DNA from: an uncultured virus (IMG/VR IMGVR_UViG_3300037466_002758)
Lineage: Duplodnaviria; Heunggongvirae; Uroviricota; Caudoviricetes
Virus record (IMG/VR): IMGVR_UViG_3300037466_002758
Reading direction: 5' to 3' (one strand)
DNA: 64,000 bases
Below the pieces are notes generated by a model. The model did no database searches, was not told where the DNA came from, and saw only the letters and a program-made list of their open reading frames with translations. The stretch's first letter is position 1; each line of letters starts with the position of its first letter. The translations under genes were made by a program, and so were the position numbers. Of the stretch, positions 59,330-64,000 are shown piece by piece.

Positions 59330-59698
59330 GTGGACCTCGACGAGGAGGAAGAGCGGGTACCCGTCCCGCTAACACTCGAAGAACTGTTGTGCGGGAAGGT
59401 GTTAACTCCGGCCAGGCGCGGCCGCATTGTGCTGGGGGCCATGTCGAAGGCCGAGGACGAGCCCTACCTGGCCGAGGAACTCTACCTTCCTCCAGGTGAA
59501 CGCGAGCGTCGTGTGGTTGCCTGCCTGCGGGCGGCCGGTGAGCCCCTCTCCGCGCGGGTGATCTCGAAGCGACTCCTCATGCACCGGCACACCGCGATCG
59601 AGATCTTGAAGCACCTCGTTCACACAAACACAGTTGAGCGCGTGGAAGGATGGGAACCAAAGTGGGCACTCGTGGAACACTCAGCGACGAATACATAG
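59330..59698 (+). CDS. winged-helix DNA-binding protein
   Basis: PLSARVISKRLLMHRHTAIEILKHL...KWAL. Confidence 0.55.
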   Translation: MDLDEEEERVPVPLTLEELLCGKVLTPARRGRIVLGAMSKAEDEPYLAEELYLPPGERERRVVACLRAAGEPLSARVISKRLLMHRHTAIEILKHLVHTNTVERVEGWEPKWALVEHSATNT

Positions 59699-59929
59699 CG
59701 GCACTCGTTGCCGCGCGCATGGGGGTTGCGGAAATTCACGTGCTGGACGTTGACGGCAACGAGCTCGCGGTCCTGGGCCCCACGGAAGGCTTGCACGAAT
59801 ACAGCGGTGCCGTTACTCGCAGCGGCACGGTCTACGACATCACGCTCGACGACTTCTGCCTTCCTGTGAGCCATGTTGGGCAGCACCTCGTCGCGGGTGA
59901 CACCGTCAGCTACATTCTTGGAGATCTGT

Positions 59930-61807
59930 TTGATCACACTTGATTTCGAAACCTACTACGACAAGGACTATACCCTCAAGAAACTCACCACCGAAGAATA
60001 CGTCCGAGACCCGCGCTTCGAAGTGATCGGCGTGGGTGCCAGGGTCGATTCGCAACCGACGCAGTGGTTCAGCGGCACGCACGAAGAGACGGGCGAGTTC
60101 CTGCGTTCGCTCGAGATCCCGAAGCACTACCTCGTCGCACACAACACAATGTTTGATGGGGCCATTCTCGCGTGGCACTTCGGCATCCGACCCAAGTATT
60201 ACGTCGACACACTCTCGATGGCGCGGCCGCTTACGGGCCTCACTGTCGGTGGAAGCCTCAAAGCGCTCGCGGACAAATTCGCGCTCGGAGCCAAGGGTGA
60301 TGAGCTCGTTCACGGGATCGGCAAGCACCGCCTTGACTTTACGCCGGAGGAGCTCGCGCGCTATGCCGCCTACTGTAAGAACGACGTCGAGCTCACACAC
60401 CTCTTGTACTACGTCCTGCGCGAGCACGTGACCCCGCGCGAGATGTTCGTGATCGACTTGATGCTAAGGATGTTTGTAGATCCTGTGCTACAGCTCGATT
60501 CCAAAAGTCTTACAGAACATCTAGTCACTGTCCGACAAAAAAAGGATGAGCTGTTAGGAAGAATAAGGCTGTGTATCGAGGACAAGTCAACATTGATGAG
60601 CAACCCGAAGTTCGCGCAGCTGCTTCGGGAGCTGGGTGTCGAGCCGCCCATGAAGGTCTCGAAGACGACGGGCAAGCCCACGCTCGCGCTCGCCAAGTCG
60701 GACCCCGAGTTCAAGGCGCTTCTCGAGCACGAAAACCCGCTCGTGCAGGCGGCGGTCTCCGCGCGTCTAGGCATGAAGTCGACGCTCGAGGAGACGCGCA
60801 CCGAGTCGTTCCTCCAGATCGCCCAGCGGGGGCTCCTGCCCGTGCCGCTCTCGTACTACGCGGCTCACACGGGGCGCGCGGGTGGGACGGACGGCATCAA
60901 CCTGCAGAACCTGCCGCGCGGCGGGGCGCTCCGGCATGCGATCAAGCCCCCACCCGGACATCTACTCATCGCCGGCGACTCGAGCTCGATCGAGGCCCGC
61001 AAAGTGGCCTGGCTTGCCAACCAGGAAGACCTGGTGTACGACTTTGGCGCGGGCGTGGACATCTACTCCAAGTTCGCGAGCGAGATCTACGGCAGGCCCG
61101 TCGACCGCAAGCGCATCGAGATTGTCGATGGCAAGGAATTGAAGCCCGACTTCCTGCCCGGCTTTGTGGGCAAGACCTGCATCCTGGGCCTGGGGTATGG
61201 CATGGGCAAGGATCGCCTTCACGACACACTCAAGATCGGCCAGGGCGGTGTGTCCATCGTGGTGCCGGTCGAGGAGTGCGGCAAGTACGTGAGCCTTTAC
61301 CGCCGCAAGTACGCGCGGATCCCGGAGCTCTGGGACATGGGGGACCAGGCACTTCGGGCCGTGGCCAACGGCCGGGAGTTCGAGTTCGGTGTGAATCTGA
61401 AGCTGCTGTGCGACTCGGAGGGCATCCACCTGCCCAACGGCATGCTGGTGCGCTACCCCGAGCTCACGCGCACCCCGGACGGTTACGTGTACAAGACCCG
61501 CAAGGGCCCCAAGCATATCTACGGTGGGAAACTCACGGAGAACGTAGTGCAGGCCCTGGCCCGCATCGTGGTCTTCGACCAGATGTGCAAGGTCGAGCAG
61601 AAGTTGAAACCACTGGACCGGCCTGGACGGCGCCACCGGGTGGTGCTCACCGTGCATGACGAGATCGTGATCTGCGTGCCGGCGGACTTCGCAGCAGAGG
61701 CCAAGGACTTGATGGTCAAGGCCATGTCCGCCCCTCCCTCTTGGGCAGAGTCACTCCCCGTGGCCTGTGATGTCGAGGTGGGTGAATCGTATGGGGCTTG
61801 CAAGTAG
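59930..61807 (+). CDS. polA: family A DNA polymerase with 3'-5' exonuclease
   Basis: ExoI LDFET, ExoII HNTMFD, ExoIII YCKND; motif A DSSSIEAR, motif B KTCILGLGYG, motif C VHDE. Start approximate. Confidence 0.92.
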   Translation: MITLDFETYYDKDYTLKKLTTEEYVRDPRFEVIGVGARVDSQPTQWFSGTHEETGEFLRSLEIPKHYLVAHNTMFDGAILAWHFGIRPKYYVDTLSMARPLTGLTVGGSLKALADKFALGAKGDELVHGIGKHRLDFTPEELARYAAYCKNDVELTHLLYYVLREHVTPREMFVIDLMLRMFVDPVLQLDSKSLTEHLVTVRQKKDELLGRIRLCIEDKSTLMSNPKFAQLLRELGVEPPMKVSKTTGKPTLALAKSDPEFKALLEHENPLVQAAVSARLGMKSTLEETRTESFLQIAQRGLLPVPLSYYAAHTGRAGGTDGINLQNLPRGGALRHAIKPPPGHLLIAGDSSSIEARKVAWLANQEDLVYDFGAGVDIYSKFASEIYGRPVDRKRIEIVDGKELKPDFLPGFVGKTCILGLGYGMGKDRLHDTLKIGQGGVSIVVPVEECGKYVSLYRRKYARIPELWDMGDQALRAVANGREFEFGVNLKLLCDSEGIHLPNGMLVRYPELTRTPDGYVYKTRKGPKHIYGGKLTENVVQALARIVVFDQMCKVEQKLKPLDRPGRRHRVVLTVHDEIVICVPADFAAEAKDLMVKAMSAPPSWAESLPVACDVEVGESYGACK

Positions 61808-61930
61808 GCGACCTGCCCAAAAGTATTCACATATATAAATCAGATACATATTCACAACTTAACAACGTTATGTGTATACTCGCCTACAGAAATATAAACG
61901 ACCTCCACATACAAAAGGAGTCTCAACCCA

Positions 61931-62562
61931 TGATCCGATACAACCCGGCCAGGGCGAGAGACGCGGTGCAGTTCATCGTCGACTCTTCGTACGCGGTGCA
62001 CCACATCAAGAAACTGCGTACAGCAGTCGCTCGCCCCCGCTCGCTCCCATTCAAGGGAGAGGCTGAGGTACTCAATGAATTACTTGTCATCGGTCGACAA
62101 AGCCGCGTCGCTATGGAGAACCTCATCGCCATGGCGGAAGAACGGCGCGATACGCGCAACGACTACCAGCGCGACTATATGGCGGCAAAGCGCCAGCGTG
62201 AACGCAAAGTGGTGCAACTCGAGACGCTCCTGCGCGGGCGTCCGCTCTCCATCGATGAGGCAGCGCAGACCATTCGCAAACAGCAAGAAGTCTGGAGGCG
62301 GGAGCGGGAACGCGCACTCGCCGGCGTAACGGACTGGCACGCCAAGAATGCCACCATCGCCGATTTCTGGCGCAAGAAAGACCACGAGCTCGAGGAGTTG
62401 ATCGCCGAGGCCCAGCGATCGGTCGATCGTGTCGTGCACCGCCGCACGGTGGTCGAGCTCAAGCCAAAAAAAGAGACGCTGCTGGGGCAAAAACTGCGGG
62501 CAGCGTTCGAGGGAAAGGCACCAAAAAAAGTTCACGTCGCCGCTAGTTCCAAGCCCCACTGA
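61931..62562 (+). CDS. hypothetical coiled-coil protein
   Basis: AAGGAG RBS; ATG at 61931; YQRDYMAAKRQR. Confidence 0.65.
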
Positions 62563-62627
62563 TCTACTAACATCCGCCTCATACTCACCGCCGAGCCCCT
62601 CGGCGGTGTCTCCCATTGTGAGGCGCG

Positions 62628-63281
62628 ATGGCGATACCGGCGTGGACATATTCACACCTGGACAAGTTCGAAACTTGCCCGAGGCAGTTCTATCACGTCA
62701 AGGTGTTGCGAGATGTAATAGAACCCCCCACCGAACACACGCTGTGGGGTAACGAAGTACACAAAAAGCTGGAAGAGTCTGTAGGTAGTGACTTACAATT
62801 GCCTGAGGGTATGACACAATGGCAGCCACTTGTTGACCGGGTGAAGAAACTGCCCGGAGACAAGTTCACAGAGTGTCGGTTGGCCCTTGATTCGAGCTTC
62901 AAACCCGCGCCCTGGAAGGCTTCCTGGACTCGGGGTGTTATCGACCTGCTGGTGGTGAACGGCAAGGAAGCTGCCGTCATCGACTACAAAACCGGGAAGT
63001 TCAAGCCGAGTGAGCAGCTCCACCTCTACGCCGGGTACGTGTTCTCGCACTACGAGCAGGTGCAGGCCGTCAAGACCGCGTTCGTCTGGCTGAAGGAAAA
63101 GCGGTTCTCGAGGGAAACGATACAGAGAAAGGATCTGCCGAGTGTATGGGTTCCACTGCTGGAAAGAGCGAAGAAGCTGCAATCAGCATACGAGCGGAAT
63201 TCGTGGCCTGCACGCCCGAGCGGGTTGTGCCGAGGCTGGTGTCCGGTGACCAAGTGCGAGTTCTACAAGAAGAGGCTGTGA
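62628..63281 (+). CDS. PD-(D/E)XK (Cas4/RecB-like) exonuclease
   Basis: CPRQF, GVIDL, IDYKTG, QLHLY and CRGWCPVTKC Fe-S-type cysteines. Confidence 0.85.
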   Translation: MAIPAWTYSHLDKFETCPRQFYHVKVLRDVIEPPTEHTLWGNEVHKKLEESVGSDLQLPEGMTQWQPLVDRVKKLPGDKFTECRLALDSSFKPAPWKASWTRGVIDLLVVNGKEAAVIDYKTGKFKPSEQLHLYAGYVFSHYEQVQAVKTAFVWLKEKRFSRETIQRKDLPSVWVPLLERAKKLQSAYERNSWPARPSGLCRGWCPVTKCEFYKKRL

Positions 63282-63437
63282 TGACGCGTGAGGAGTTCGA
63301 GACCGAGTATGCAGCGCTCTCCACCGAAGAATTAGTGGATTTCGTGATGGCGAGTCAGAAACGCAGCGCGCTGGAAAGAGAACTCGCGGGCCGGTTGAGT
63401 GCTGCGGAGGCTGCGATCGCGGCCGCGCTCGCGCTAT

Positions 63438-63755
63438 ATGCAGACCCCTGAGGGGAAAGTTAAGGCAGACATAAAAAAGCTCCTGAAGGAGCGGGGTATC
63501 TGGTTTTTCATGCCCGTACAAAACGGCATGGGTGTCGTCGGCATCCCGGACTTCATCTGCTGCGCCGGCGGGGCGTTCCTGTCGATCGAAGCAAAGGCGC
63601 CGGGTAAGGCGGACAACCTCTCACCCAACCAGCAGCGGGTGCGGGGTGAGATTCTTCAGCACGGTGGTTTTCACCTTGTTGTGGATGATGTACTTGCGCT
63701 CGAGCAATTCCTCGAGGGAAAGGATTTCAGGTGGGAAAGCCGCGCAATTATGTGA
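63438..63755 (+). CDS. VRR-NUC domain nuclease
   Basis: TPEGKVK, GIPDF, IEAKAPG, SPNQ. Confidence 0.88.
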   Translation: MQTPEGKVKADIKKLLKERGIWFFMPVQNGMGVVGIPDFICCAGGAFLSIEAKAPGKADNLSPNQQRVRGEILQHGGFHLVVDDVLALEQFLEGKDFRWESRAIM

Positions 63756-63985
63756 ACGCCACGAAGTACGAGGAGACGCCCACGCAGGTGAAGCACCGCG
63801 AGATGCGCAACCGCGCTCGCTACGACGCCGAGAAGAAAGGCCTCGTGAAGAAGGGCGACGGCAAGGACGTCGACCACAAAACCCCGCTCGCGCGCGGGGG
63901 CACGAACGCACCCAGCAACCGGCGAGTTATCACGGAAGCGGAAAACAGGTCATGGCGCAAAGGCAAAAGCGGGTACAAACCCTAG
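63731..63985 (+). CDS. HNH endonuclease
   Basis: DVDHKTPLARGGTN...NRS. Confidence 0.8.
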   Translation: MGKPRNYVNATKYEETPTQVKHREMRNRARYDAEKKGLVKKGDGKDVDHKTPLARGGTNAPSNRRVITEAENRSWRKGKSGYKP

Positions 63986-64000
63986 CGTGGAACTCGGCGG

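Noticed and set aside
1..64000. tRNA or rRNA genes
   Set aside because: No cloverleaf with a T-loop GTTCRA and acceptor stem, and no rRNA-like sequence, was recognised by eye.

Overview
The window is an almost complete, circularly permuted genome of a GC-rich temperate tailed phage with podovirus-like morphogenesis genes, probably infecting a proteobacterium (inferred). It starts inside an SNF2 helicase gene and ends just after the VRR-NUC and HNH genes, which commonly precede such a helicase. Modules: replication (1-5.8 kb and 58.8-64 kb: helicase, SSB-like, primase/DUF927, PolA, PD-(D/E)XK nuclease, VRR-NUC, HNH); xis/integrase with an apparently intact attP (5.9-7.5 kb); a minus-strand virion, lysis and packaging arm (7.6-38.4 kb); a divergent control region with a parS palindrome, a large structured leader or ncRNA and an AT-rich iteron region (38.4-40.4 kb); and a plus-strand early/accessory arm (40.4-59.7 kb). 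The strongest candidate for a new system is in the early arm. Three tandem arrays of diversified small paralogues, one with an anti-sigma-like C-x27-29-HxxxCxxC zinc motif, surround and interleave a MoxR-type AAA+ ATPase, a DUF3150-like protein and an HExxH-metallopeptidase-VWA protein. Many otherwise unrelated early proteins also share a C-terminal helix, [VMF]-[AT]-x-[KR]-[LM]. This suggests a tag- or adaptor-based remodelling or proteolysis machine. All family assignments come from motif recognition by eye; no database searches were run.
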